From Eledone cirrhosa (lineage: Eukaryota), in the NCBI GenBank assembly GCA_964016885.1, contig OZ024750.1, positions 45,880,001 through 45,944,000 on the forward strand: a stretch of DNA of 64,000 nt, written 5' to 3'. The notes beneath the pieces were generated by a model. The model searched no databases. It was not told the DNA's origin and saw only the letters and a list, made by a program, of their open reading frames with translations. Each line of letters opens with the position of its first letter. Position 1 is the stretch's first letter. Positions 25,140 to 38,689 of the stretch are shown piece after piece. Position numbers and translations under genes: made by a program.

Positions 25140-25141
<2 letters not shown>
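24948..25141 (+). mobile_element. Fold-back element (family F), inverted at hammerhead stem II
   Basis: Palindrome at 24948-25060. The right arm reads stem II (GGCGGCTGATTC..GAATTAGCCGTC)-GAAA-CGGCT..AGCCG-TC-GGGGTC. The 3' end TTCCTTCGTT abuts (AT)n. Confidence 0.72.
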
Positions 25142-25176
<35 letters not shown>

Positions 25177-25402
25177 GTTCTTTTTCTTCCTCGCCCACTT
25201 ATTCCTGAGAGGGTCGTGGTGGCAGACCCCACTCTTTCAAGTGAGTCCTGCCAAAGGCAACTCTCTCTAACTGATCCAGCTGGATTCTCAAGCGTCAACT
25301 TAATCGTATAAGTTCATTGAACTTATAACATGTTATAAGTTCAATGACCTTATAACATGAAGTTCACATGAAGATATGTCACTATCTTTACACCAATTAT
25401 TG

Positions 25403-25463
25403 TATTTTATCTGACGAAAGCGTACTAAAATATTAGTACCCTTGAAATACGTATAATAAAATA
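25403..25463 (+). ncRNA. Type I hammerhead (first of a tandem pair)
   Basis: TATTTTAT-CTGACGA-AAGcGTACTAA aata TTAGTACcCTT-GAAA-TACGTA-TA-ATAAAATA. Confidence 0.85.
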
Positions 25464-25499
25464 AATATGCTTTGTTTTAACCTTCATATCATGTCTCCC

Positions 25500-25567
25500 T
25501 ATTTTATCTGACGAAAACGCAAATGTTATTGCATGATATTTGTTTTTGAAATGCGCATAATAAACTA
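25500..25567 (+). ncRNA. Type I hammerhead (second of a tandem pair)
   Basis: TTTAT-CTGACGA-AAAcGCAAATGTTAT tgc ATGATATTTGTtTTT-GAAA-TGCGCA-TA-ATAAA. Confidence 0.8.
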
Positions 25568-25594
25568 CATGGAACTCTTTTAACCATCTTTTGC

Positions 25595-25716
<122 letters not shown>

Positions 25717-25770
25717 TTATTTGTCATATATATATACATATATATGACAAGTAAGTATATATATATATCC

Positions 25771-25818
<48 letters not shown>

Positions 25819-25848
25819 CAAGTAAGTATGTTTTGGAACAGTGACCAG

Positions 25849-26038
25849 TTTTTGACTAAAGAAATTTTAGCCTGATAATGGGGTTTAGAACCCTCAGATT
25901 GTGTAATGGTAGCACAGTGGTCTGGATAACCAAAGATGTGGGTCGACTCCCATGTACGTCAATACTCATCTTTTTCCATTTATCTGAGGGTTCTAAACCC
26001 CATAATCAGGCTAAAATTAAATTTCTTTAGTCAAAAAC
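25849..26038. repeat. ~50-bp inverted repeats around a tRNA-like segment
   Basis: TTTTTGACTAAAGAAATTTTAGCCTGAT..GGGGTTTAGAACCCTCAGAT and its reverse complement at 25982-26038. The spacer has GTGTAATGGTAGCA..GGGTCGACTCCC. Confidence 0.6.
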
Positions 26039-26911
26039 ACGGTGAAAGCTATATATATATATATATATTTATATATATTGTTTAAACAAAGTTTCATGCA
26101 TTTAACATGTATGTGCTACGATTGGTTTTAGGGTCTAGTTATTTAAAAATGCTCCCTCCATTATAGAGTGGTGGCCATAACTGGACCACAAAACCAATAG
26201 TAAGTGTATGAAACTTTCTGTATATTAAATAACAGATCGAAGCTTGTTTTTCTTGACATTCTCTCTATGGATTTCTACTAACGTATATATATGTTTACAT
26301 ATGTACATACATATGTACATATTACACTGTATTCGTAAACATAGGAGCAACCGGAACCCAATGTTGAAACTAACGGAGTTAAATAACCTTTACAAAAGGA
26401 GACAAGTTTGTGGGGCTTATGAATAATTGCCTTCTAAAGCCATTAAAGGCTTATGTTTCCTTTTGTTAATAATTTTAGCTAACATATGGGACAAAGTAAC
26501 AATTTATGGGATGCAAGATGTTAAGAAAATGGAAATGCTAATAAAACAGATATAAAATAACGATTGGTGATTCCGAATGTCCTTAAGATGATGGATAATA
26601 ATGTGTGGTCCTTGTGATTGGGATTGTGTGAGTGTTTGTGGGGGGTTTATGTGTGAAGAGAGAGAAAATGACAGGAAGGTAGCGAGAGTGGAAGAGAGAG
26701 AGAGAGAACTAATGAGAGGAAGGGAGCGAGAGAGAGAACTAATGAGAAAGTAAGAACAACATTTATAAATAGAAAGTATATGTTTTGTGAAGACATGTGG
26801 TCACAGTCCAAACACACGGTGCGCCATAGATTTTGGAGATCTTATGCCCTTCCAGGTCGGAACATAACTGATTTCTCCGAGAGGAATAGAAAGACAGAGA
26901 CCAGAAAGAGC

Positions 26912-26942
<31 letters not shown>

Positions 26943-27355
26943 GTAAACCCAGAGCTCAGAGCTCAGAGAGTCAGACGAGATATTGAAGCATCTTTAATTC
27001 AAGGAGTTTACCAATTTGACGCCTTCCCTACACAAATCTCATATTAACTTCTCTCTTCTTCTCCATCTCTTTACTCCAATTTCTCATATCATATATATCT
27101 TCTTGTCACCCTTTATCACACCATCCTCTACTCCCACCCCCTACCTCTCTACACTCTCTCCCTCTCTTCCTGTTACTTGTTTTGTTTAACATCTCCCTCG
27201 TTCTTTTAACTGCAACACTAGTTATCAGCCCCTCTACATATATCATGACCAACGCCATCATCATCATCATCATCATCGTCATCATCGTAGTCGTAGTCGT
27301 CGTCACCTTCACCATGACCATCATCATCACCATCATCATCATCATCATCATCACA

Positions 27356-27387
<32 letters not shown>

Positions 27388-27543
27388 GCAGCAGCATTGC
27401 CGTCACCGTCATCACCATCATATCCCATATGTCCTGTATCTACGGCACCTCCCACATTTTCGCCGTATCCCTCTCCCCTCTCCCCTCTCCCCTCTCCCTT
27501 ATTTTCAAATTGTTACTGTAATACGTATCACCATGCATATACA

Positions 27544-27650
27544 CAGGGTGTCCCCCAAAAATGTATATATACATACATCAACAGCATTCTAACAAATATT
27601 ATTGCCTATGCAGGTAAACAAAGTGTGTATACATTTTTGGGGACACCCTG
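27544..27650. mobile_element. Tc1/mariner-type MITE (~107 bp)
   Basis: TIRs CAGGGTGTCCCC(C)AAAAATGTATA / TATACATTTTTGGGGACACCCTG, followed by TA. Confidence 0.65.
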
Positions 27651-30600
27651 TATAATATATTGTATTATATACGCACACACATATGTGTATATATATTTTG
27701 GGGGACAAAATATATATACACACATATGTGTATATATTTTTGGGGACACCCTGTATAATAAATTAAATTATATACACACACACATATGTGTATATATATT
27801 TTGGGGGACACCCTGTATAATATATTATATTATATAGACACACACATATGTGTGTATATATATTTTTGGGGACACCCTGTATAACATATTATATTATATA
27901 CACACACACATATGTGTATATATATATTTGGGGACACCCTGTATAATATATTATATTATATACTCACACACATATGTGTATATATATGTTTGGGGACACC
28001 CTGTATAATATATTATATTATATACACACACACATATGTGTATATATATGTTTGGGGACACCCTGTATAATATATTATATTATATACAGACACGCATATG
28101 TGTATATATATTTTTGGGGACACCCTGTATAATATATTATAATATATACACACACATATGTGTATATATATTTTGGGGGACACCCTGTATAACATATTAT
28201 ATTATATACACACACATATGTGTGTATATATATTTTTGGGGACACCCTGTATAATATATTATATTATATACACACACACATATGTGTATATATATTTTTG
28301 GGGACACCCTGTATAATATATTATATTATATACACACACGCATATGTGGATATATAATTTTTGGGACACCCTGTATAACATATTATGTTATATACACACA
28401 CATATGTGTGTATATATATTTTTGGCGACACCCTGTATAATATATTATATTATATACACACACACATATGTGTATATATATTTTTGGGACACCCTGTATA
28501 ATATATTATATTATATACACACACACATATGTGTAGATATTTTGGGGGACACCCTGTATAATATATATTGTATACACACACACATATGGGTATATATATT
28601 TTTTGGGACACCCTGTATAACATATTATATTATATACACACACATTTGTGTATATACATTTTTGGGGGACACCCTGTATAATATATTATATTATATACAC
28701 ACAAACATGTGTATATACATTTTTGGGGACACCCTGTATAATATATTATATTATATACACACACACATATGTGTATATATATTTTTGGGGACACCCTGCA
28801 TAATATATTATATTATATACACACACGCATATGTGTATATATATTTTTTGGGACACCCTGTATAACATATTATATTATATACACTCACATATGTGTGTAT
28901 ATATATTTTTGGGGACACCCTGTATAATATATTATATTATATACACACACACATATGTGTATATATATTTTTTGGGACACCCTGTATAATATATTATATT
29001 TTATACACACACGCATATGTGTATATATATTTTTTGGGACACCCTGTATAACATATAATATTATATACACACACATATGTGTATATATATATTTTTGGGG
29101 ACACCCTGTATAATATATTATATTATATACACACACACATATGTGTATATATATTTTTGGGGACACCCTGTATTATATATTATATTATATACACACACAC
29201 ATATGTGTATATATATTTTGGGGGACACCCTGTATAATATATTATATTATATACACACACACATATGGGTATATATATTTTTTGGGACACCCTGTATAAC
29301 ATATTATATTATATTCACACACATTTGTCTATATACATTTTTGGGGGACACCATGTATAATATATTATATTATATACACACAAACATGTGTATATACATT
29401 TTTGGGGACACCCTGTGTAATATATTACATTATATACACACACACATATGTGTGTATATATATTTTTGGGGACACCCTGTATAACATATTATATTATATA
29501 CACACATGTGTGCATATACATTTTGGGGGACACCCTGCATAATATATTATATTATATAGACACACACATATGTGTATATACATTTTCGGGGACACCCTGT
29601 ATAACATATTATATTATATACACACACATATGTGTGTATATATATTTTAGGGGTCACCCACCCTGTATAATATATTATATTATGTACACACATGTGTGCA
29701 TATATATTTTTTGGGACACCGTGTATAATATATTATATTATATACGCACACACATATGTGTGTATATATATTTTTGGGGACACCCTGTATAATATATTAT
29801 ATTATATACACACACACATATGTGTATATACATTTTTGGGGACATCCTGTATAACATATTATATTATATACACACACACATATGTGTATATACATTTTTG
29901 GGGGACACTCTGTATAATATATTACATTATATACACACACACATATGTGTATATATATTTTTGTGGACACCCTGTATAACATATTATATTATATACACAC
30001 ACATTTGTGTATATACATTTTTGGGGGACACCCTGTATAATATATTATATTATATAAACACACACATGCGTATATACATTCTTGGGGGACACCCTGTATA
30101 ATATATTATATTATATACACACACACATATGTGTATATATATATTTTGGGACACCCTGTATAACATATTATATTATATACACACACATATGTGTGTATAT
30201 ATATTTTTGGGGACACCCTGTATAATATATTATATTATATACACACACAATATGTGTTTATACATTTTTGGGGACACCCTTTCTTACATATTATATACAC
30301 ACACATGTGTATATACATTTTGGGGGACACCCTGTATAATATATTATATTATATACACACACACACATGTGTATATACATTTTGGGGGACACCCTGTATA
30401 ATATATTATATTATATACACACACACATATGTGTATATATATTTTTGAGGACACCCTGTATAACATATTATATTATATAACACACATATGTGTATATACA
30501 TTTTCGGGTACACCCTGTATAACACAATATATTATATACACACACACACATGTGTATATACATTTTTGGGGACACCCTTTCTAATATAATATATTATATA

Positions 30601-30733
30601 CACACACATATGCGTATATATATTTTTGGGGACACCCTGTATAATATATTATATTATATACACACACACATATGTGTATATATATTTTTGGGGACACCCT
30701 GTCTAATATATTATATTATATACACACACACAC

Positions 30734-30765
<32 letters not shown>

Positions 30766-30788
30766 TATATTATATACACACACACATG

Positions 30789-30790
<2 letters not shown>
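27620..30790. repeat. ~60-bp minisatellite (~50 units) built from the MITE right TIR plus flank
   Basis: Unit is approximately ATATGTGTATATATATTTTTGGGGACACCCTGTATAATATATTATATTATATACACACACAC. Confidence 0.92.
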
Positions 30791-30819
<29 letters not shown>

Positions 30820-31322
30820 TTATCACATATACGTTGGTACGACTCCCAACTTCGCCTCACTCCCAAACAGTAAATTGATATACACAGATTATTAACATAA
30901 TTGATCGATTGCTTTCACATATCAACTTGTAAATTTCTCCCCCTTTTCTTTAGGGGTCAAAGGGGCAGGATTAAAGAGATATTTATGAGGCAGTTATGAC
31001 CTAACATAACCCAGATCCTGTTTCACTTTAGATATAGAAACAGCTTGCTTAAGTTGTTAAATGGGGGTTTCAATTTACAGGGCATACGAACCAGACGAAG
31101 ATTTAAGTTACCTCCCCTTCTTTTAAACAGTGTACGGAATATACAATCTCTAATGTAAATGATTCAGAATAATCATAAAAAACACAAAAGGTTAATTAAT
31201 TCATTAATTATTTCATGCATATCATGGCGTATATTGAATAATCAGAAATATTTGGTATTTCTTTTGTCTGTCGTTTTGTTTAGTAGACCTATGATTTAGG
31301 AGACATTATTAATATCTTTGCA

Positions 31323-31513
31323 GGGGCGGTGGATTGGCAGTATCGGTAGAGGGTCGGACGCCATGCTTTGCAGCACAGTTACGTCCATTTACGATCTGAG
31401 TTCAAATCCCGCCGAGGTTGACTTTGCCTTTCATCCTTACGGGGTCGATAAAATAAAGTACCAGTAATGCACTGGGTAATTGCTGGCCTTGTGCCTAAAG
31501 TAGAAACAATTAT
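31323..31513 (+). mobile_element. SINE family B, full length, with apparent target-site duplication
   Basis: ATTATTAATATCTTTGCAG occurs on both sides (~31305-31323 and ~31509-31527); A and B boxes present. Confidence 0.8.
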
Positions 31514-31776
31514 TAATATCTTTGCAGAAATAGTACTACGGATGGATTTCTAAAGGACTTATATGTATTTTAGAGTAGATGTATTTACTAATGTGTATTT
31601 AAGTTATTTTAAGATTTCAGAGCCGTGCTACGGATGTATCTTTAACAGTCATAACGATGTTTGAACTACATCATCTAATAAGCTTTTAACTTTTTTAAGA
31701 TGTGAAAGCGGAGAATGGGAAAACAGGTTGGCGCATTGTTTAAGATGCATTACTGCATTTAGATACAGCTTTTTAA

Positions 31777-31997
31777 CCCTTTATCATTTAAACCGGCCAT
31801 ATCTGGCCTGAATTATCTCACCTGTTTCTGTTTAAACTGGTTGTAACTGGCCATTCATACTGATGTTAAGATATTCTTCTCAAAATAAATGATATAAAAA
31901 TCTTATAGATTCAATATTATATGCGATGATTATTTGAGATAAAGCCTTTACAGTGAAAATATATTAGTGAATATAGAGTAATGTAAATGCTAAAGGG
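31777..31997. mobile_element. piggyBac-type MITE
   Basis: TTAA|CCCTTTATCATTTA ... TAAATGCTAAAGGG|TTAA (13/14 TIR match, TTAA TSD). Confidence 0.75.
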
Positions 31998-32319
31998 TTA
32001 AGTTGTGAGTTCAAATTTGTGGAGGTTACATTTGCCTTTCATCCTTGGGGGTGGATAAAATATGTAGATAATGTCTATCCTTGTCCCTGAATTAGAAACA
32101 ATTTTAAGATGTATGTGTTTTGAGGTGGGTTCGGATTCTAATTCAAATAGGCTAACTGAACATTTCAGCCCTATAGTTATTGTTTTGTTGATTCAACACT
32201 CACTAGCTGACTGTCCACTATAGAATATTAACGGTAAGATCATATTAATTTTGGTCGGTTATATCAAACAACGTAAAATATTTTCCTTTCTTAACACACC
32301 AGCTTCGATTGATAAAAAG

Positions 32320-32352
<33 letters not shown>

Positions 32353-33227
32353 TGTACATATATATATATATCCCATGGACTGAGTGCTCTACCACTACGG
32401 ATATTACCTTCCAGTGTTCCACCACTATATATATTTATATTCTTTTTCCTTTACAGATTTTAGTTATTTCACTGCGGCCATATTGAAGCATCTTGTTATT
32501 TTTCTCATTATTTCTTATTATTGCTGCTGCTCTTGCCATCGTTGTTGCTGGTACAGCTGTTGTTTTTGTTCTTGTTGTTAATATTTTATTTATTCTCATA
32601 TTTACTTCTAAACTCTGGAACTCTAGCTCGCAGTATCATTTTTTTAAGAGGGTTGATTCAACAGCAATGTCTTCGGAACAGTAAGAATACAACAAACTAG
32701 GGTATAATCAGCGTGAAATGAAAGTTTGGTTGCAAATATTGATTGAAAACTAGTGAATTAATTAATAAAAGTAATTAATGTTTTAACCGCAAGCTGCGAA
32801 TATTGGTGAGAAAGTGGGAGAAGGGAGGTAATAAGGGAGAATGAGAGGTGGAAGGGGAGCGAAAACAAAAGAAAATATCAACAAAGGTGTGAAATATGAT
32901 TTTTCTTGGAAGCATTAACGGTTATCACATGCTTTACGTTATTTGGCTAAATTATGTGCAAGATATATTAACAGCTAATTCTTTATATTGGATTTTTAAC
33001 TCTTCACTGATAAAGAATTCTCTACGGAACTTTTGATGGCATAGTATTGACCTCGTTGTAGCATACGGTGTGCATTGGTCACTTTAAACCTGGCGGCGTT
33101 CAACCCTCTCCCGAGTGTTAATATTGCCATGTAAATGTGGGTGCTGAGAAAAAAAAAAGGTATAAAGGAAGAAAGGGAAAGAGAGGGGGGAGTGTGAGTG
33201 AAAGAGTGAGAGAGAGAGTGAGAGAGA

Positions 33228-33273
<46 letters not shown>

Positions 33274-33317
33274 CAGAGAGAGAGAGAAGTAAAGCGACCC
33301 AATACCAGACTGATATT

Positions 33318-33500
33318 GGATTGGCTGTATCAGTAGAGGGTTGGACATCATGCTTTGCAGCATAGAGTTACGGCCTTTTACGGTTGGAGTTCAAACCCCG
33401 CCGAGGTTAACTTTGCCTTTCACCCTTATGAGGTCGATAAAATAAAGTAATAGTAATAGACTGGGGTATTTGCCGGCCTTGTGCCAAAAGCAGAAATAAT
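33318..33500 (+). mobile_element. SINE family B
   Basis: Same core as 31323. Confidence 0.7.
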
Positions 33501-34493
33501 TATATTTATTGAGCCCAACATAAATGAGAAGCAAATTTGGCCTCAGCAGGAACTAAGAACTGTGAGAACCAGAACAAATACCATATAGTATTTTATCCTG
33601 CACAAAGTATTCTATACGTTGACCGAGACTAATTTAAATGTCATCGTGTCAAAATTCTAATTTACGGAATATAATCAAACAACAAACAAAAACACAGACC
33701 TCAACCGTCACACATATTCACATGACATGGATCAACCCAAGACTATATTATAAGACACTTGTTGGAGGTACCACGCAGTGGATCAGATCCCGAACCTATG
33801 TAGTTGCGAAAGTGAATTCCTCAATCGCATTAACGTATAATGTTATTAACAATGAAGTTATCGTTTATAAATGTTTAAGTTATTGTTAGTGGATACGATA
33901 CAGTTATGTTTGTTTCTGTCCTTGTCTTTCTTGATGCTATTGTTATCATTGTTGATGTTATTGTCTTGCCTAAAGCCATATTAGCCTTAATGAAGCAAAC
34001 TTCTGATCAGAAGCGTTCCATCCGTCATTATTCCATTTGAACTCTATGTATAGTGAACTCAGGACCTTATTATACAATATGTCGGTAAAGCGTGATATGG
34101 TGAGATTGACCACACAAATGGTTACTCACATTGTCTAAAGTGTATTTTCTAAGAGAGTACAATATAATTTGAGGGAGATGTAGCTGCTATCTTTAGCAGG
34201 TCGAGATCGACCATCTAAATGATCCTTCATACCACCCAGGTATCCTTTTCTAATAAGATGTTAATGTGTGACATGTAGGAGATTTTGGCTACATTTTATA
34301 GCTGATCGATGGAATATATTGGCTGATTGGCTCCTGTCTTCTTTTGATTTGTTTGTTGTTCTTATTGTCATAAACGATGGTGGTTGATTCTCTCCTCGTG
34401 GTTTTTGTTGTTGTTGTAGCATCGTCGAAAGAGCAGAAATAATAGAGAGAGAGAGAGAAGAAGGCAAAGAGAGAAAGTGAGAAAGAAAGAAAG

Positions 34494-34527
<34 letters not shown>

Positions 34528-34543
34528 ATATATATATATGATA

Positions 34544-34760
34544 TATCTATATATATATAAAACTGAGGATGTCTGTCTGTCTGTGAGTCTGTGAGTTTGA
34601 ATCCGTAAAACTTGAGAAGTACCCAACCGATTTTTTTCAAACTTTAAATGTGTATTACTTATGTTTTTTCCAGTTTTTTAGGGTTTTTTAGGCGTTACGT
34701 CAGACCGATTTCCTTGAAATTGTAACTATGTATTAGTCAGTCCTTTCTTCATACCGTGAG
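34544..34760 (+). mobile_element. Possible non-autonomous Helitron-like 5' end
   Basis: A|TCTATATATATAAAACTGAG..(GTCT)n..AACCGATTT..TCAAACTT pattern typical of invertebrate Helitron-derived repeats. No 3' CTRR end identified. Confidence 0.4.
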
Positions 34761-34899
34761 CAAAGAAAATCCAAATTTGTTATGTCCTAGGACCTGCATT
34801 AAGTGAAAAACTTCATTTTATTCAGATTTTTAGGGCTTTTTTGAGGCATTACGTTAATATATAATATAAGATATTTTTTCTAAGGCGGGTAAAATTCCC

Positions 34900-35030
34900 G
34901 AGATCCATGGACGAGTTCTCTCCAGCAGTCTCTGCCCCTCATTATCGCTGCCATGTCCTACGTCTTCAACAGACCAGTGTCTGTCCTTAGGGCATCAACA
35001 TACGCTAACCTTGGTCTTCCCCTTCCTGTG
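34900..35030 (-). mobile_element. RTE-like LINE ORF C-terminal fragment
   Basis: Minus strand reads GRGRPRLAYVDALRTDTGL..MRGRDCWREL. Confidence 0.55.
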
Positions 35031-35085
35031 TGTCCGATACCCTAACCACAAACCCCCGCTTTATATATGTATATATATATATATA

Positions 35086-35165
<80 letters not shown>

Positions 35166-35467
35166 GTATAGTGGTAGCTATGGTGCTTCCGTATGCGGTA
35201 TGCCAAAATTAGCACTCGATATTCATCAGAGTAGAGTGTAGATATTATCAAGAAAACGAAAAATCAGTGACGCATCTGGACTTAGTTTATTTCGTGTTAC
35301 AAATGTTTCGTCGGCATGTAGCTCGAGTCATGGTCCTTGTATGGATCTGGCTGATTCTACTTCTGCGGGTGGTTTCAGACACGGCTGTTATGTCCGGAGC
35401 AAATTTTATCACATTATATATATATATATATTAAAAAAAAAATATATATATATATATACATATATAA

Positions 35468-35720
35468 AGCGTGGGTTTGTGGTTAGGGTATCGGCTTACA
35501 ATCGTAAGGTCGTGAGTTCGATTCCCAGTGGTGCGTTGTGTCAATGAGCTCCAGTTCACTCAGCTGGCAAAGACGGATTGTACTTCTAGTTAAAGGGCCA
35601 GCCTTACCACATCTTGTGTCACGCTGAATCTCCCTGAGAACTACGTTATGGGTACACGTGTCTATGTAATGTTCAGCCACTTGCACGGTAATTTCACATG
35701 CGGACACTTCCATTGATCGC
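35468..35720 (+). mobile_element. tRNA-derived SINE related to family A
   Basis: TGTGGTTAGGGTATCGG..GTGAGTTCGATTCCC head followed by CCAGTTCACTCAGCTGGCAAA body. Confidence 0.6.
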
Positions 35721-35795
35721 ATCGTCTGGAACACTCGTCGTCGTAACTGACGGAGTGACTCTAATATATGAATATACATACAGTGAGATAGAGAA

Positions 35796-35922
<127 letters not shown>

Positions 35923-36128
35923 AGAGATATTGTGACACCATGACACGGTAAAGTCCAGACGGTCAACACCGGGATGATTTCCCTAGCGAGTTAGACATAA
36001 ATCTTGAAACGGAGAAAGTGTGGCGAGATTTCAACGTAAAGTTACACCATTTTGTAAACAAATTTAACACTGACGGGATGGTGTATTAACGTGTCTATAT
36101 GTGAGAATATTGAACACATATGCAGTGG

Positions 36129-36178
<50 letters not shown>

Positions 36179-36184
36179 TCATGC

Positions 36185-36262
<78 letters not shown>

Positions 36263-36268
36263 TCATGC

Positions 36269-36317
<49 letters not shown>

Positions 36318-36335
36318 GTGTGTGGCTATATATAT

Positions 36336-36373
<38 letters not shown>

Positions 36374-36398
36374 ATATATATATACCTATATATATATA

Positions 36399-36443
<45 letters not shown>

Positions 36444-36557
36444 ATATATATATATACCTATATATATATACCTATATATATATACCTATATATATATACC
36501 TATATATATACCCACACACCACACACACACATATATATATATATACATGCATGAGTG

Positions 36558-36594
<37 letters not shown>

Positions 36595-36631
36595 CGTGTG
36601 TGTGTGTGGTGTGTGTGCATATATATAGGTG

Positions 36632-36667
<36 letters not shown>

Positions 36668-36917
36668 TGTATATTTGTTTGTTCACTATGATTTGTTTAT
36701 TCGTGTTATGTTATATTATTTTCCATGTTTCAGCCACTAGACCGGGGCCATGCTGGAGCATGACCTTGTGTTATATGTGTATTTTGATGTTGTTTATTTT
36801 TTAACTACTTTTGTTTTTGTTGGAATTGAAAGATTTATTGTTTTTTTTCTGCATCTCGCCGTAAAACTCATCACACCTCTGTAACTGAGCATCATGTGTG
36901 CATATATATCTATCTCG

Positions 36918-37018
<101 letters not shown>

Positions 37019-37089
37019 GTATATATGTATATATACATATATATGTATATATGTATAAATGTATATATACATATATATGTATATATATT

Positions 37090-37303
37090 GAAGGCGTGTG
37101 GCTGTGTGGTTTGAGAATTGGATTCGCAATCTTGAGGTTGTGAGTTCGATTCCTGGACCAGGCGATGCGTTATGTCCTTGAGCAAGACACTTTATTCCAC
37201 GTTGCTCCTTCTACCTGGAGTTGCGACCGATAGATAGTATTAGCAATTGGAAAGACCAACGGAAACATTGTTTAGTCGGTCAGATTTGACAAAAGTCGAT
37301 CGA
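37090..37303 (+). mobile_element. SINE family A
   Basis: Close match to 1866-2090. Confidence 0.8.
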
Positions 37304-37344
37304 TATATATATGTGCGTGTGTGTATATATATATGTATATATAT

Positions 37345-37463
37345 AACGAAGGAAATATGGTAAGGAACCAGGTGGACCATACCGCACCAACGTACTCAAT
37401 ACTTAGGGTAGTAGAGTGGGTAATAGGAACGGCTTGAGCTCAGCCGTCGGGGTCCTACTCGTT

Positions 37464-37468
<5 letters not shown>
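37345..37468 (-). mobile_element. Fold-back element (family F)
   Basis: Minus-strand 3' arm joined at GAAC to a plus-strand GGCTTGAGCTCAGCCGTCGGGGTC segment; (TA)n flanks. Confidence 0.7.
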
Positions 37469-37511
<43 letters not shown>

Positions 37512-37787
37512 CATACATACATAAACATATATATTATGATAAATAAAAAAGAATTCAATTGTGCAAACAATAAAAATGTGAAACGAATCCATTTATTATA
37601 ATGATGATGATGATGGTGATGAGGTGGTATGGGAAGGAGGAGCAGAAGGAGGAGAAGAAGAAGAAGAAGAAGAAGAAGAAGAAGAAGAAGAAGAAGAAGA
37701 TGAAAATGGAAAGTAAGGCAAGCCAACGAGTATGTATGAAGTAGTAGTAGCGGTGGTGGTAGTGTTAGTAGTAGTAGTGGTTGTAGC

Positions 37788-37818
<31 letters not shown>

Positions 37819-37836
37819 ATAGTTGTAGCAGCAGCT

Positions 37837-37867
<31 letters not shown>

Positions 37868-37983
37868 GGGTGGTAGTAGTAGTAGCAGTAGTAGTTGTAG
37901 TAGTAGCAGTAGTAGTAGTAGCAGCAGCAGTAGTAGTAGTAGTATTAGTAGTAGTAATAGTGGTGGTGCTGATGGTGGTGGTG

Positions 37984-38016
<33 letters not shown>

Positions 38017-38278
38017 TATTTTGTGTAAATGAGGGTTCGCTCCCCTACTGTTTTAATTACAGCTAACATATCATTGGATGGCAGATCTAACACGTTGATG
38101 GCTTTGATGGGGAATGGCGAGAGATAGATAGAGGGAGATACTGAGAGAGAGAGAGAAGCGGAGAGAGTAAGATAAACTGAAAGAGAGGCAGAGTGTGTGT
38201 GAGAGAGATGGAGAGAGAGGGGAGAGAGAGGGAGGAGAGAGAGTAAGATAGACTGAGAGAGTGTGTGAGAGAGATAGA

Positions 38279-38323
<45 letters not shown>

Positions 38324-38689
38324 AGAGAAAGAGAGGGAAACGAAGCATGTAAATAGACATAAAAAGAACAATAGAAAAAATGAAAGGAAAACAAACTAAG
38401 GGAAGAAAGAAAGAAAGGAAGAAAGACAGGAATACAAATATTGTAAGATGGAGAGTAGAATTTAAAAAGCAATTAACTAGTAAGAAAGAAAAAAGAAAAA
38501 AATGTCGGATGAAAGAATGAGAGAAATAAATAAAGAAAGAAATAAGGAATAAAAGAAAGATATAAAGAGAAGAAAGCAATAAACAAGAAAGAGTGAAAGA
38601 ACGAAAGAAGAAAAGAGAGAATTGAATAAAGAAAGAATGAGCCTTGGAAAAAACTTATGAAGAAGAAAAATATCAGAAAAAAGGGGACC

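Noticed and set aside
27620-30790. CRISPR-like array (constant GGGGACACCCTGTA motif at regular spacing)
   Set aside because: The intervening sequences are near-identical rather than unique spacers, there are no cas genes, and the context is eukaryotic.
35290-35385. Minus-strand HHR-like motif CGTGT-CTGAAAC...GAAA-CATTTG-TA-ACACG
   Set aside because: The core deviates at two positions and stem II is unconvincing; possibly a decayed HHR, but not supportable.
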